Shown here: in pieces, positions 30,335 to 41,179 of the stretch
How positions within the stretch are numbered: position 1 is the stretch's first letter
Layout: the number at the start of each line of letters is the position of its first letter
Assembly (NCBI GenBank): GCA_965261775.1
Contig: OZ253477.1
Coordinates: 526,407-590,406 of the forward strand
Direction: 5' to 3'
DNA length: 64,000 bases
DNA from: Gammaproteobacteria bacterium
Lineage (GTDB): Bacteria; Pseudomonadota; Gammaproteobacteria; Eutrophobiales; Eutrophobiaceae
Made by a program: the position numbers and the translations under genes
The notes under the pieces: generated by a model
The model's input: the letters and a program-made list of their open reading frames with translations, nothing else
Told to the model about the DNA's origin: nothing
Database searches by the model: none

Positions 30335-30443
30335 GGTCAGTTTCGGAACAAACCCTATGGTTCGTGACAAATTCCCGCCCTTCGCGAGGGGTTTTCTTCC
30401 TTTTCGGCGTATCCGCCCTCCTTTCAAAAGCGCAAGTTACTGT

Positions 30444-30533
30444 TGGCGGAGAGGGTGGGATTTGAACCCACGAGGCCCGCGAAGGCCTGCCGGTTTTCAA
30501 GACCGGTACATTCAACCGCTCTGCCACCTCTCC
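30444..30533 (-). tRNA. serT: tRNA-Ser (anticodon TGA), 90 nt, CCA encoded
   Basis: GGAGAGG acceptor, CCGGT-CTTGAAA-ACCGG anticodon arm, long variable arm, GGTTCAAATCC T-arm; divergent from yccA as in E. coli. Confidence 0.97.
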
Positions 30534-30654
30534 TATATTACCGCTATCTTAAAAAGCAGCGACAGTATACCTGAACGGCGCCTTGAGAGAAAATCGTGAC
30601 AGGTTCCCAGGATATCTGAATGCGTTTGAGCTGAAAAAAGCAATTGAACAAGAC

Positions 30655-30683
30655 TTGATTTTTTTACCAAAAAGGGTTATGTT
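30655..30683 (+). promoter_or_regulatory. Putative sigma70 promoter of yccA
   Basis: TTGATT-17 nt-TATGTT upstream of a GAGGA RBS. Confidence 0.35.
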
Positions 30684-30719
30684 AATTCAAACTACATTTT
30701 TTAATGAGGACTAAACTAA

Positions 30720-31388
30720 ATGAGTCAAACTATCTCTGTTGCACGTCCGAGCAGTTCGGTACTGGCAACTAACAAGCTAATACGCAATACCTATATCCTG
30801 CTGTCAATGACATTGCTATTCAGCGCGTTCACGGCGGGTTTATCTGTAATGTTTAATCTTCCGTACCCCGGCTTGCTAATCACACTAATAGGTTTTTTTG
30901 GCCTGCTTTTTGTGACCAGCGCATTGCGCAATAGCGCTTGGGGGTTGGCCTCAATATTTGCCCTGACCGGCTTTATGGGACTGACGTTGGGTCCCATGAT
31001 CAGCGCCTATACCACCATGTTTTCAAACGGTTCCCAGTTGATTATGACCGCATTTGGTGGGACCGGCGTTATTTTCCTAGGGCTTTCCGGCTATGCCTTG
31101 ACCACGCGCAAGGATTTCAGCTTTATGGGCGGCTTTCTCATGGTAGGCATACTGGTCGGGTTTTTCGCAGGTATCGGCGCTGCTGTCTTCAGCATCCCGG
31201 CGCTTGCATTGGCGGTTTCCGCAGTATTTATCCTGCTGATGTCGGGTTTCATACTCTATCAGACCAGTGCGATGGTACATGGGGCCGAGACCAATTATAT
31301 TATGGCGACGATCGGTTTATATCTCGCGATATATAATCTTTTTACCAGCCTGTTGCATCTTTTGGCGGCATTTGCTGGCGAAAGATAA
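30720..31388 (+). CDS. yccA: Bax inhibitor-1/YccA family membrane protein
   Basis: NKLIRNTYILLSMTL, seven hydrophobic segments, ETNYIMAT..LY..IYNLF. Confidence 0.93.
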   Translation: MSQTISVARPSSSVLATNKLIRNTYILLSMTLLFSAFTAGLSVMFNLPYPGLLITLIGFFGLLFVTSALRNSAWGLASIFALTGFMGLTLGPMISAYTTMFSNGSQLIMTAFGGTGVIFLGLSGYALTTRKDFSFMGGFLMVGILVGFFAGIGAAVFSIPALALAVSAVFILLMSGFILYQTSAMVHGAETNYIMATIGLYLAIYNLFTSLLHLLAAFAGER

Positions 31389-31408
31389 AGGTTTCGTCAT
31401 CATTTAAT

Positions 31409-31436
31409 AAACCCGGCTCCTTGCCGGGTTTGTTTT
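31409..31436 (+). terminator. Rho-independent terminator of yccA
   Basis: aaacccggc-tcctt-gccgggttt then gtttt. Confidence 0.75.
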
Positions 31437-31565
31437 ATCTGTCTGTTGGAAGCGATTAAGGTAACACAAGGGGGACACTGATAGCGGCTACGGTTTTCCG
31501 GATATTATGATGTTCTTTTCGAAAATCCTTTTAATTCATTAACTTAATAAAGGCGGACTGCAAAA

Positions 31566-33113
31566 ATGAAGATCGGCATACCCAAAGAAACATATTCAGG
31601 GGAAAAACGTGTGGCGACAACCCCCGATGTTATCGGTTGGCTGAAAAAATCAGGTTACGAGGTGGCCGTTGAGGCCGGTGCCGGCACGGCGGCCAATTTT
31701 TCAGATGACGCCTATCGTGAGGCCGGTGCTGAAATAATGATGGATACCCGACAGTTATGGGAATCGGCTGATATTCTCTTGAAGGTCAGAGCCCCAGAAG
31801 AGGCAGAAACGGATTATCTACATGAAGGGCAAACCCTGATCAGTTTTATCTGGCCGGCACAGAATGAAGCCTTGATGCAGAAACTCTCCGCCAAAGCGAT
31901 CAATGTGCTGGCGATGGACAGTGTTCCGCGTATTTCCCGCGCACAGAAAATGGATGCGCTCAGTTCCATGGCTAATATCGCCGGATACCGGGCAGTTATT
32001 GAAGCTTCACACAATTTCGGACGTTTCTTTACCGGTCAGATTACCGCTGCTGGCAAAGTCCTTCCGGCAAAAGTGCTGGTGATCGGAGCGGGCGTGGCCG
32101 GTCTGGCCGCCATCGGTACGGCCAACAGCCTGGGAGCGGTGGTGCGCGCCTTTGATACACGCCCGGCGGTCAAAGAGCAGATTGAGAGCATGGGCGCCGA
32201 GTTCCTGATGCTGGATTTTGAAGAAGACGGTAGCGGCGAAGGGGGTTATGCGAAAGTCATGAGCGATGAGTTCATCGCCGCAGAAATGGCGCTTTTTACC
32301 AAACAGGCCAAAGAGGTCGATATTATTATCACGACGGCGCTTATCCCCGGTAAACCCGCACCAAAGCTGATCAACGCCGAGATGGTGAAGTCTATGAAAA
32401 ACGGCAGTGTGATTGTCGATTTAGCGGCGGAACAGGGTGGCAACTGTGCGTTAACCCGAAAAGACGATATTTTCGTCAGTGATAACGGCGTTACGATTAT
32501 CGGCTATACCGATTTGCCCAGTCGTCTGCCGACACAATCCAGTCAACTCTATGCCACCAATCTGCGACATTTACTGACAGACATGACCCCTGAGAAAGAC
32601 GGGCAGATCACCATTGATTTTGAAGATGAAGTCGTTCGCGGCGCGACCGTGATAAAAGCCGGGGAGATTACCTGGCCGCCCCCGCCGGTAAAACTTTCAG
32701 CCGCACCGCCCCCGAAATCTGCCGGGGCATCGCTGGCGCCAGCGCTAAAAGAAGAGACAAAATCAAAACCGGGGGGATTTCGGCAGATGTTGCCGGTATT
32801 GCTCGGCGCCGTTGCGCTCGGCTTTCTTGGGACGGTAGCGCCGCCCTCTTTTATGGCACATTTTACCGTCTTCGTACTGGCCTGCTTTATCGGTTACATG
32901 GTGATCTGGAATGTAACCCCTTCCCTGCATACGCCGTTGATGAGTGTAACCAATGCGGTAAGCAGCATCATCATCATCGGGGCCCTGATACAGATATCTT
33001 CTTCGGATACGCTGCTGGTTGCGCTGGCCGCGCTTGGCGTTTTGATCACCAGTATTAACATTACCGGCGGGTTCGCCATCACCCAGCGCATGCTGCGGAT
33101 GTTCAGAAAATAA
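31566..33113 (+). CDS. pntA: NAD(P) transhydrogenase alpha subunit (unsplit)
   Basis: [30 protein letters not shown]. Confidence 0.97.
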   Translation: MKIGIPKETYSGEKRVATTPDVIGWLKKSGYEVAVEAGAGTAANFSDDAYREAGAEIMMDTRQLWESADILLKVRAPEEAETDYLHEGQTLISFIWPAQNEALMQKLSAKAINVLAMDSVPRISRAQKMDALSSMANIAGYRAVIEASHNFGRFFTGQITAAGKVLPAKVLVIGAGVAGLAAIGTANSLGAVVRAFDTRPAVKEQIESMGAEFLMLDFEEDGSGEGGYAKVMSDEFIAAEMALFTKQAKEVDIIITTALIPGKPAPKLINAEMVKSMKNGSVIVDLAAEQGGNCALTRKDDIFVSDNGVTIIGYTDLPSRLPTQSSQLYATNLRHLLTDMTPEKDGQITIDFEDEVVRGATVIKAGEITWPPPPVKLSAAPPPKSAGASLAPALKEETKSKPGGFRQMLPVLLGAVALGFLGTVAPPSFMAHFTVFVLACFIGYMVIWNVTPSLHTPLMSVTNAVSSIIIIGALIQISSSDTLLVALAALGVLITSINITGGFAITQRMLRMFRK

Positions 33114-33127
33114 CGGGAGTAGGTACC

Positions 33128-34531
33128 ATGTCAGAAGGTCTAGTAACCGCGGCTTATATTGGCGCGACGATTCTGTTTATCCTGACCCTGAGGGGCTTGA
33201 GCCACCAGGAAACCTCACGGAGGGGTAACATCTACGGCATCATCGGCATGACCATCGCCATACTGGCAACGGTGTTCGGCGAGGTTAGCAGTAATTTTCA
33301 CCTGATCATCATCACCATGCTGATCGGCGGAAGCATCGGTCTCATTGTTGCCAGAAAGGTGGAAATGACGCAGATGCCAGAACTGGTCGCCATCCTGCAC
33401 AGTCTGGTGGGCCTGGCGGCGGTATTGGTAGGTTATGTCAATTTTATGGACCCCACGATATCCTTTCCCACTGCTGCCGAGGAACTGATCCATACCATTG
33501 AAATCTATATCGGCGTTTTGATTGGCGCGGTAACCTTTTCAGGTTCCGTCGTGGCATTCGGCAAGCTGAGCGGCAAATTGAGCAGTAACCCATGGTTGCT
33601 GCCCGCCCGCCATTACCTGAATTTAGCCCTGCTCATCATCGTGATTTATCTGGGTTTTTTGTTCGCGCAGCAAACCGAAGCGGGCGCCGGGATGTGGCCG
33701 CTAGTTGCGATGACGGCCATCGCTCTTTTCTTCGGAATACACATGGTTATGGCGATTGGCGGTGCTGATATGCCGGTAGTCATCTCCATGCTGAACAGTT
33801 ATTCCGGCTGGGCTGCCTCGGCGACCGGTTTCATGTTGTCCAACGATTTGTTAATTGTGGTCGGTGCGCTGGTGGGTAGTAGCGGCGCGATACTGAGCTA
33901 TATCATGTGCCGCGCCATGAACCGCAAATTCCTGTCCGTAATTGCCGGTGGCTTTGGAACGGATTCGGGCGGCGGTACCCGCGATACAGGCGAGGAGCAG
34001 GGAGAGGTCAACTCAATTACAAAGGCAGATGTTGTGGAACTCCTGACCAATGCCAAAGAAGTCATGTTCATCCCCGGTTATGGCATGGCGGTAGCGCAGG
34101 CACAGCATACCGTGAACGAAATCACCAAGGTACTGCAAGGCAGAGGCATCAATGTCCGCTTTGGCATTCATCCGGTGGCAGGGCGTATGCCGGGGCACAT
34201 GAACGTGCTCCTGGCCGAAGCAAGGGTACCTTATGATATTGTGTTTGAAATGGATGAGATTAACGCGGATTTTCCGAACATTGATGTCAGCATTATCATT
34301 GGCGCGAACGATATCGTCAATCCTTCCGCACAGGAAGACCCCGACAGCCCTATTGCCGGTATGCCGGTACTGGAATGCTGGAAAAGTAAAACGAGCATCG
34401 TCCTGAAACGGAGCATGGCGACAGGCTATGCCGGTATTCAGAACCCGCTTTTCTTCAAGGAAAATACGTGTATGTATTTCGGGGATGCAAAAGAAAATCT
34501 GGACTCAGTGTTAAAAGGCTTGTCTGAATAA
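33128..34531 (+). CDS. pntB: NAD(P) transhydrogenase beta subunit
   Basis: [51 protein letters not shown]. Confidence 0.97.
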   Translation: MSEGLVTAAYIGATILFILTLRGLSHQETSRRGNIYGIIGMTIAILATVFGEVSSNFHLIIITMLIGGSIGLIVARKVEMTQMPELVAILHSLVGLAAVLVGYVNFMDPTISFPTAAEELIHTIEIYIGVLIGAVTFSGSVVAFGKLSGKLSSNPWLLPARHYLNLALLIIVIYLGFLFAQQTEAGAGMWPLVAMTAIALFFGIHMVMAIGGADMPVVISMLNSYSGWAASATGFMLSNDLLIVVGALVGSSGAILSYIMCRAMNRKFLSVIAGGFGTDSGGGTRDTGEEQGEVNSITKADVVELLTNAKEVMFIPGYGMAVAQAQHTVNEITKVLQGRGINVRFGIHPVAGRMPGHMNVLLAEARVPYDIVFEMDEINADFPNIDVSIIIGANDIVNPSAQEDPDSPIAGMPVLECWKSKTSIVLKRSMATGYAGIQNPLFFKENTCMYFGDAKENLDSVLKGLSE

Positions 34532-34732
34532 TATAACAGACATTATCCTTTTTCACTCATCACACCTGTAATCAGTAACTTATATTTGTGGCCTTTCTCA
34601 GGTGTTAAGTTGAGGGTCTGAATTACGCAAAATGGGAGAGATTATCAATAGTAGAACGTCAACGTGTCTTGACAAATCCTTCACTGCCCCAGGCACTATC
34701 AAATTAGTAAAAAACAGGAGAACGGCCTAAAG

Positions 34733-35272
34733 TTAACGCACTGCCTTTATAAAGGGATGTCTGATCTTGTCGTTTCGCTTGAGGGCAATCCTGTCAGCGA
34801 GACCTGCATTGATTTCCAGAACGTAGCGCACCGGTTCACTTGAAGTAATAGTCTTTTCCGAATGCGGTCGGGCATTTTTATGGATATTTGCCACGCTGCC
34901 ATCATCCCGGATGAAGACCATATCAAGCGGGATAAGGGTATTTTTCATCCACATTCTCGCTGTAATCACTTTATCAAAGACAAACAGCATCCCGGCGTTT
35001 TCGTCCATGGAGGGACGATGCATCAACCCCTTTCTTTGGTCCGGCCCTTTCAGGGCCAGTTCTACCTTAAAACGGTGTTCACCGGTATCAGTAATGATGA
35101 TGAGCTGATTGACATCGGTTTCGGTACAGCTGGAATAAACAGGGTAAAACAAAAAAAGGCCTGCCAAAACGGCAGTCCGTGAACGCAGTAACACAAAAGA
35201 TGCCAAACGGTATGTTTGAAGGCTCATGGATATAGTATCCTTCAGAATAGACAGTAGCGCAAATGAAGTCAT
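34733..35272 (-). CDS. DUF192 family protein (start uncertain)
   Basis: VELA...RKGLMHR, GMLFVF, MWMKNTLIPLDMVFI, YVLEINAG. Confidence 0.88.
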   Translation of the reverse strand: MTSFALLSILKDTISMSLQTYRLASFVLLRSRTAVLAGLFLFYPVYSSCTETDVNQLIIITDTGEHRFKVELALKGPDQRKGLMHRPSMDENAGMLFVFDKVITARMWMKNTLIPLDMVFIRDDGSVANIHKNARPHSEKTITSSEPVRYVLEINAGLADRIALKRNDKIRHPFIKAVR

Positions 35273-35405
35273 AAATACGCGATAGCCTCACCTTGTTGAC
35301 ACAACGGCAGGAACTATTGTTTAGTACCCGTTAGATAGCCGATAGAAAAGGTTTATCATACTTGTCATTATTATTTTCCTCACTACATTCAGGAGGGGCG
35401 CGTGA

Positions 35406-36542
35406 ATGGATATTGACGAACTGATCAAAAAAGAGTTTCAACTGGATGATGGACTTATTTATCTGAATCATGCCGCTGTCGCTCCGTGGCCAAAACGGAC
35501 CATGGAGGCTGTTCAGCGCTTTGGTGAGGAAAATTGCCGTACAGGGGCAATGCATTATGCTCGCTGGACGCAGACTGAAAATAAATTGCGGAAACAACTG
35601 CAATGGTTAATCAACGCCCCTTCCGTGGAGGATATCGCCTTGCTAAAAAATACGTCCGAGGCGCTGTCTGTTGTCGCGGAAGGCATTGATTGGCAACCGG
35701 GCGATAATATCGTCACGTCCTCTGAGGAGTTTCCTTCCAACCGCATTCCCTGGCAAGCTCAGGAGGACAAGGGAACCAGGCTTCGTGAAGTGGATATTTC
35801 AACGGATTCGCCAGAGCAGCAACTGATTAACGCCTGCGACAAAAAAACGCGCCTGCTCACAATCAGTTCCATCCAGTATAGTTCTGGCAGACGCCTGAAT
35901 TTAGAAATTTTAGGCCGCTTTTGTCATGAAAACCGGATATTGTTCTGCATTGACGCCATTCAAAGTCTGGGGGTTATCCCGTTTGATGCACAGGCGATCA
36001 AGGCTGATTTTGTCATGGCGGACGCGCATAAATGGATGTTGGGGCCGGAGGGTATCGCACTCTTTTATTGCGCTCCTTCCGTCCGCCCACTTTTAAAACT
36101 GCACCAGTTCGGGTGGCATATGGTTGAGGATATGGGAAATTATGATCGCAAGGACTGGCAGGCTGCCAGTTCCGCCCGGCGTTTTGAGTGCGGTAGTCCC
36201 AATATGCTGGGAATACATGCCTTGTCCGCAAGTCTGTCGCTTTTTGAAGCGATTGGGATGGACGAAATATCTAAAATAATAATGAATAATACACGATATA
36301 TCTTTGATTATATTAAAGATAATAATAGTATTTCTTTACTGACACCTGATTGTGAATCACAGTTTGGCGGGATTGTCAGTTTTAGGATAATTGACCAGGA
36401 TAATGGCGAATTCCATCACAAGCTCTTGAATAATAAGGTTATTTGTGCACACCGTGCAGGAGGGATACGACTTTCTCCACATTTTTATACGCCCCTCGAA
36501 AAAATTAATAAAGCACTTGATATAATCAGATCAAGTCTTTGA
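35406..36542 (+). CDS. Class V PLP aminotransferase (cysteine desulfurase/selenocysteine lyase-like)
   Basis: YLNHAAVAP, EFPSN, DAIQ, ADAHKW (PLP Lys), RLSPHFY. Confidence 0.88.
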   Translation: MDIDELIKKEFQLDDGLIYLNHAAVAPWPKRTMEAVQRFGEENCRTGAMHYARWTQTENKLRKQLQWLINAPSVEDIALLKNTSEALSVVAEGIDWQPGDNIVTSSEEFPSNRIPWQAQEDKGTRLREVDISTDSPEQQLINACDKKTRLLTISSIQYSSGRRLNLEILGRFCHENRILFCIDAIQSLGVIPFDAQAIKADFVMADAHKWMLGPEGIALFYCAPSVRPLLKLHQFGWHMVEDMGNYDRKDWQAASSARRFECGSPNMLGIHALSASLSLFEAIGMDEISKIIMNNTRYIFDYIKDNNSISLLTPDCESQFGGIVSFRIIDQDNGEFHHKLLNNKVICAHRAGGIRLSPHFYTPLEKINKALDIIRSSL

Positions 36543-36543
36543 T

Positions 36544-37308
36544 TTATGAAAATAAATTATAGTAATTTTTTGTGGTTTGTTCAGCAACAAACTCGTGGTC
36601 CAGTTGCTTTAATGCAGCGATACTTTCAGCTACATAGCGCACATAGGCCGGTTGATTGGTCTTGCCTCTGAAAGGCGTTGGGGCCAAGTAGGGTGAATCG
36701 GTCTCGATTAACATCGATTCCAGCGGGACAAGACTTGCTGTTTCCTTCTGTTTTGTGGCGTTTTTAAATGTGATAATCCCGGAAAAAGAGATCAGAAAAT
36801 TCAGATCCATCGCGGCCTTTGCCGTCTCCCAGTCTTCCACAAAACAGTGCATTACGCCGCCGACTTCATCGGCGCCCTCTTCTCTCAATATTCGAATCAC
36901 GTCGTCTTTCGCTTCACGAGTATGGATAATCAACGGCTTTTTGATAGTTTTGGCAGCCGCGATGTGAGTACGAAAACGATCTTGTTGCCAAGTCAGATCG
37001 CCCGAACTGCGAAAATAATCCAACCCGGTTTCACCAATGGCGACAACTTCATCAGACTGCGCCAGTTCAAGCAGGTCTTCCACTGAAACTTCATCATTAA
37101 GTTCCGTATTGGGATGTACGCCAACCGAGGCCGATATGGCATCATGCGCCCTGGCCAGCTGGATAATCTCGGGTGAACCTTCTAGATCAATGGCGACGCA
37201 GAGCATATGCTCCACGCCATTTTGCGCGGCGTTATGCAGAATATCCTGAACATGTATCGATTCTTTCAGCAGAGGGATATGGCAGTGCGAATCTACCAGC
37301 GATGGCAT
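36544..37308 (-). CDS. tatD: TatD family hydrolase (YcfH)
   Basis: DSHCH, GVHP, GETGLD, IHTR, HCF, ETDSPY. Confidence 0.93.
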   Translation of the reverse strand: MPSLVDSHCHIPLLKESIHVQDILHNAAQNGVEHMLCVAIDLEGSPEIIQLARAHDAISASVGVHPNTELNDEVSVEDLLELAQSDEVVAIGETGLDYFRSSGDLTWQQDRFRTHIAAAKTIKKPLIIHTREAKDDVIRILREEGADEVGGVMHCFVEDWETAKAAMDLNFLISFSGIITFKNATKQKETASLVPLESMLIETDSPYLAPTPFRGKTNQPAYVRYVAESIAALKQLDHEFVAEQTTKNYYNLFS

Positions 37309-37326
37309 ACAATTTACGAGACCGAT

Positions 37327-37680
37327 TTATATCGTGTGCGTTGGGCGGCCGGATTGTAACGCCCCGACAAGTTGATTTTCAATCTTGCTCTTGGTTGCTC
37401 CATTATCTAATTCACTGAATTGGAGACCAATGCCCGCTGTCTTATTCCCTTGGGAGCCTTTCGGAGTGATCCAAACAACCTTACCCGCTACCGGCAACTT
37501 GGCTTTGTTATCAACCAGCGTTAAAAGCATGAATACTTCTTCTCCCAACTGGTAGGATTTTGTCGTCGGAATAAATAATCCACCATTCTTTATAAAAGGC
37601 ATATAGGCGGTATACAGCGCGTTTTTATCCCGAATAGCCAAAGATAATATACCCTGCTTTAACTCATCTGCTTTTTCCAC
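37327..37680 (-). CDS. pilZ: Type IV pilus PilZ (probable GTG start 37680)
   Basis: GILSLAI...LYTAYMPFIKNGGLFIPT, VVWITP, RPTHT. Confidence 0.93.
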   Translation of the reverse strand: MEKADELKQGILSLAIRDKNALYTAYMPFIKNGGLFIPTTKSYQLGEEVFMLLTLVDNKAKLPVAGKVVWITPKGSQGNKTAGIGLQFSELDNGATKSKIENQLVGALQSGRPTHTI

Positions 37681-37693
37681 TGAAATTTCCTCT

Positions 37694-38683
37694 CTATTTA
37701 ATTTTTCGGTATTCAAGCAAAACCTGCTCAAGAATATGTAAGGGATTATAATTCATCGGCCCCACAAGTTCCTCATATTTTGCCTGTATAAAATCATAAT
37801 AATGTATCAATACAGATAGATCTAGCGCTTTTATAAGGTTCTGCAAATTCTCTTGAGCATCAAAATCTGATAGATTTTCCCGTCTACCAAACAATTTTAC
37901 CCGAATCATATCCCGCATCAACTGCAATAGACAAACTAACACGTTTTCGCAACCGTGTCCCTGCCAGGCGGCGGCGATCTGAACGACATCCACTCCCTTC
38001 TTTCGGCGTGCCTGTGTTAAATCCTCTAGTAATTGCCGCCGTAGCGTAAAATACCCGTCCTCCAGAAGTGATAACGCCCGCAAAGGCAGGCCTTGACTCA
38101 GACGAAGCAACAGATCGGCGGAAATATCCGATTTTTCCGGCAGTTTTTCTTCAAGCCAGTTCAGGACAGCTGGATCATAGCTCGGGCGAAAATCGATGCG
38201 CTGGCAACGACTGCGAATCGTGACGGGCAAGCGCAAAGGATGATACGTCAATAACAGCAGGATAGATTGACCGGGGGGCTCTTCCAGCGTTTTCAACAGC
38301 GTATTGGCCGCCGCCCGATTCATCGCGTCTGCCGGTTCAAGCAATACAATCTTGAAATGGCTCAGAAAGCTTTTCAGGCTGACATAATGAATTAATTCCC
38401 GAATCTGCGCGATCTTGATCTGTTTTCCCGGCCCATCAGGCTCCACTAAACTTAAATCGGGATGGTTACCCGCCTGAAAAAGCCGACAACTGTTACAATT
38501 GCCGCAGGCTTCCTTATTGTCATTCGAGAGGCAGAGAATCTGCATGGCCAGGCTCAATGCAAACTGCCTAAGCCCGATGCCTTCCGATCCGCGCAGTAAC
38601 AATGCATGAGGCAGACGTTGCTGCCGTTGCATTTGCAATACACGTTGCCACTCGTTATTTTGCCATGGGTAAATATTCAACAT
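37694..38683 (-). CDS. holB: DNA polymerase III delta' subunit
   Basis: YPWQ, CGNCNSC, HPDL, AANTLLKTLEEP, TIRSRC. Confidence 0.94.
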   Translation of the reverse strand: MLNIYPWQNNEWQRVLQMQRQQRLPHALLLRGSEGIGLRQFALSLAMQILCLSNDNKEACGNCNSCRLFQAGNHPDLSLVEPDGPGKQIKIAQIRELIHYVSLKSFLSHFKIVLLEPADAMNRAAANTLLKTLEEPPGQSILLLLTYHPLRLPVTIRSRCQRIDFRPSYDPAVLNWLEEKLPEKSDISADLLLRLSQGLPLRALSLLEDGYFTLRRQLLEDLTQARRKKGVDVVQIAAAWQGHGCENVLVCLLQLMRDMIRVKLFGRRENLSDFDAQENLQNLIKALDLSVLIHYYDFIQAKYEELVGPMNYNPLHILEQVLLEYRKIK

Positions 38684-39327
38684 AGTTTTTTATCTTTCAG
38701 GATATCCGCTATCTGCTGTTTGACCACTTCAACCGGTTTTGCGGCATCAATAATGACAAAGCGTTCAGGTTCGTTATGTGCCCTTTCCAGATAACATGCA
38801 CGCACCCGTTTGAAAAAAGCAGGCGTTTCCTGCTCGAAACGGTCGGCGTGACCGCCGCGCCTGTCTATCCGACGAAGTCCCGCTTCAACATCCAGATCAA
38901 ATAACAGGGTCAGGTCTGGTTTCCGTCTCCATTCCATCCAGTTTTCCAACTGCCGGATTCGCTCTGCTGTAATGCCCCTGCCCCCACCCTGATAAGCATA
39001 ACTGGAGTCGGTGAAGCGATCACACACTACCGCTTTGCCTGCGCTCAGGGCAGGCGCTATTATTTCTTTGATATGTTGGGATCGGGCAGAGAAGAGCAAC
39101 AATAATTCAGTCTCGTCGCTTAAACCGGTATAGCGGCCACCCAGCAATATTTTGCGTATCTGGTCTCCGCTTTCAGTACCACCCGGTTCACGCGTCAATA
39201 CCACATCCCATGCCGCCTCGGTCAGAACCTCGTCAATATAGCTACTCAGGGTACTCTTTCCTGCGCCTTCACCGCCTTCAAGCGTGATAAATAATCCTTT
39301 TTTTGATCTGGGCTTCTTCAAGCTCAT
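38677..39327 (-). CDS. tmk: Thymidylate kinase
   Basis: EGGEGAGKST, TREPGGT, DRFTDSSYAYQG. Confidence 0.96.
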   Translation of the reverse strand: MSLKKPRSKKGLFITLEGGEGAGKSTLSSYIDEVLTEAAWDVVLTREPGGTESGDQIRKILLGGRYTGLSDETELLLLFSARSQHIKEIIAPALSAGKAVVCDRFTDSSYAYQGGGRGITAERIRQLENWMEWRRKPDLTLLFDLDVEAGLRRIDRRGGHADRFEQETPAFFKRVRACYLERAHNEPERFVIIDAAKPVEVVKQQIADILKDKKLC

Positions 39328-40343
39328 CGTTTTAGTTGATATTTGGCAACCGCCTGCTGATGTTCGCGCAGTGTTTCTGAAAAATAATGTGAACCGTCCC
39401 CTTTTGAAACAAAGTAAAGATACTTGCCCTTTATCGGATTTAGTGCAGCATGAATGGCCTCGCGCCCGACCAGAGCGATAGGTCCCGGCGGCAACCCTGT
39501 GTAGCGGTAAGTGTTATAGGGCGAGTCAATATCCAAGTCCCTTTTTCGTATATTACCGTCAAATTGCTTTCCCATGGCATAGATCACAGTCGGATCAGTC
39601 TGCAATTTCATATTTTTTTCCAGTCGTCGTACAAATACACCCGCAATAATTTTGCGTTCACCGGCAAATCCGGTCTCTTTTTCAATAATGGATGCCATTG
39701 TCAAAGCCTGATACGGATTCTGATAAGGGAGGTCTTCTGTACGGTTTTGCCATTCTTCCCGTAAAACTGATCGTAGATGTTGGCGGGCTTTTTCCAGAAG
39801 TTCCCGATCTGTTATTCCCCTGTGAAAGTGGTAAGTCTCTGATAAAAAAAGACCTTCCGCATTTGTTTCAGGATAAGCCAGCGCTTTTGCCAATTCCACT
39901 GCATTATCACTGTTCAGAGTATTCTCAATGAACTCGTTTCGATGCATTGCTCGCAACATCTCGCGCACATTCCAGCCCTCGATCAAAGTGAAGGCATACT
40001 GGATGGCCTTTCCAGAAACAAACAACTCCAACAGTTCGGCGGGTTTCAGTCCGGGGAGAATCTCGTATTCGCCACTCCTGATCTGCCTTGTGCTGCCGGA
40101 GAATCTCGCCAAAAACTCAAAATATAGACTGTTACCAACAAGATTAGCTGATATGAGTCTTTTGTTGACCTCAGCAAATGACATCCCTTTTTTTATCGTG
40201 AAAATGAGGGGCTTTTGCAAATTAACCGGTGTTTGCAAAAAACGCCGGTAATCCTGATACAATAGTAGCAGGGTAACGCTGAGCATCGCTCCCGTGAGGA
40301 ATAGAAGCCTACCCACCCGCTTTGTCATAAACCCGCGATACAA
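39324..40343 (-). CDS. mltG: Endolytic transglycosylase MltG
   Basis: ASIIEKE, LQTDPTV, SPYNTY..GLPPGPI, YLYFV. Confidence 0.95.
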   Translation of the reverse strand: MYRGFMTKRVGRLLFLTGAMLSVTLLLLYQDYRRFLQTPVNLQKPLIFTIKKGMSFAEVNKRLISANLVGNSLYFEFLARFSGSTRQIRSGEYEILPGLKPAELLELFVSGKAIQYAFTLIEGWNVREMLRAMHRNEFIENTLNSDNAVELAKALAYPETNAEGLFLSETYHFHRGITDRELLEKARQHLRSVLREEWQNRTEDLPYQNPYQALTMASIIEKETGFAGERKIIAGVFVRRLEKNMKLQTDPTVIYAMGKQFDGNIRKRDLDIDSPYNTYRYTGLPPGPIALVGREAIHAALNPIKGKYLYFVSKGDGSHYFSETLREHQQAVAKYQLKR

Positions 40344-41158
40344 TGCTCCGCCTCCAGCATCTGTTGAACCCGCCGCGTCACTGGCCCCGGTGACAACACT
40401 TGATTTTCAATCCTCCTGACAGGCCAGACCCCGATCAGGCTGTTACAGATAAATATTTCACTGGCCTGCAACAACTGCTCTCCAGATATTTTATTTTGCG
40501 ATACCTTTAAGTTTAACGTAGACGAAAGCGCTATGATTTTTTCCCTGACAATACCGGCAATTCCACATTCAGTAATGGCAGGAGTAATCAGATCATTGCC
40601 TTCCGTAATAAAAAGATTGCTCATCGTGCCCCCGATGATATTACCGTTGATATCCATTACAAGGCCTTCGGTCACCGCAGGATTATGCCATTCCGCGCGC
40701 GCCATAATCTGCTCCAGTCGATTCAGATGCTTAATTCCTGCCAGCGCGGGGTTGATGCCATAACGATATCGGCAAAGGCGGACACAGATGCCGTTTTTCG
40801 AATTGTCCGCCAGATATTCTGGCCATGGGTAAAGCGCGACGATTCTGCACGGCACGGTATGTTCGGGGAAGGCGTAACCCCGTCCGCTCTGCCCTCGCGT
40901 CAGGATAATTTTAATCACGGCCTTTTGGTTGGAGTCTAGCAGAAACGCTATCTCCTCGCGGAGCTTTTCAACATCCGGCATGGGCAGATTTAGCCTTTCG
41001 CAACCCAGACGCAATCTCGCAAAATGTTCTCCTAGACAGAGTGGTTTGTTTTCAGCCACCGCTATCGTTTCAAAAAGGCCGTCGCCATAATGTAAGCCGC
41101 GATCATGAAATGAAACCGTATCCTGCATTTCACCGTTGATGAGTATCTTGACGGCCAT
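40325..41158 (-). CDS. pabC: Aminodeoxychorismate lyase
   Basis: DRGLHYGDGLFET, GIKHLNRLEQ, CNSLIG. Confidence 0.94.
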   Translation of the reverse strand: MAVKILINGEMQDTVSFHDRGLHYGDGLFETIAVAENKPLCLGEHFARLRLGCERLNLPMPDVEKLREEIAFLLDSNQKAVIKIILTRGQSGRGYAFPEHTVPCRIVALYPWPEYLADNSKNGICVRLCRYRYGINPALAGIKHLNRLEQIMARAEWHNPAVTEGLVMDINGNIIGGTMSNLFITEGNDLITPAITECGIAGIVREKIIALSSTLNLKVSQNKISGEQLLQASEIFICNSLIGVWPVRRIENQVLSPGPVTRRVQQMLEAEHCIAGL

Positions 41159-41179
41159 ACTAGAGCAATGGCTATGCCC

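Larger units (their letters stand above)
27780..30443. mobile_element. Decayed tRNA-Ser-anchored genomic islet carrying a methyltransferase/nuclease pair
   Basis: Visibly AT-richer than flanks; abuts the tRNA 3' end; contains a frameshifted XRE gene; no intact integrase; left boundary approximate. Confidence 0.7.

Noticed and set aside
30444-30533. tRNA-Sec or suppressor tRNA (90 nt, 'TGA')
   Set aside because: The anticodon itself is TGA (reads UCA, Ser), with a normal 7-bp acceptor stem; tRNA-Sec would have anticodon TCA
30239-30599. ORFs 30239-30427, 30318-30527 and 30333-30599 as real genes
   Set aside because: They are read-throughs of the tRNA or of the XRE and recombinase remnants
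34669-34725. Orphan promoter plus RBS (TTGACA...CAGGAG) after pntB
   Set aside because: No -10 at 16-18 nt spacing and no downstream start codon; too weak to call
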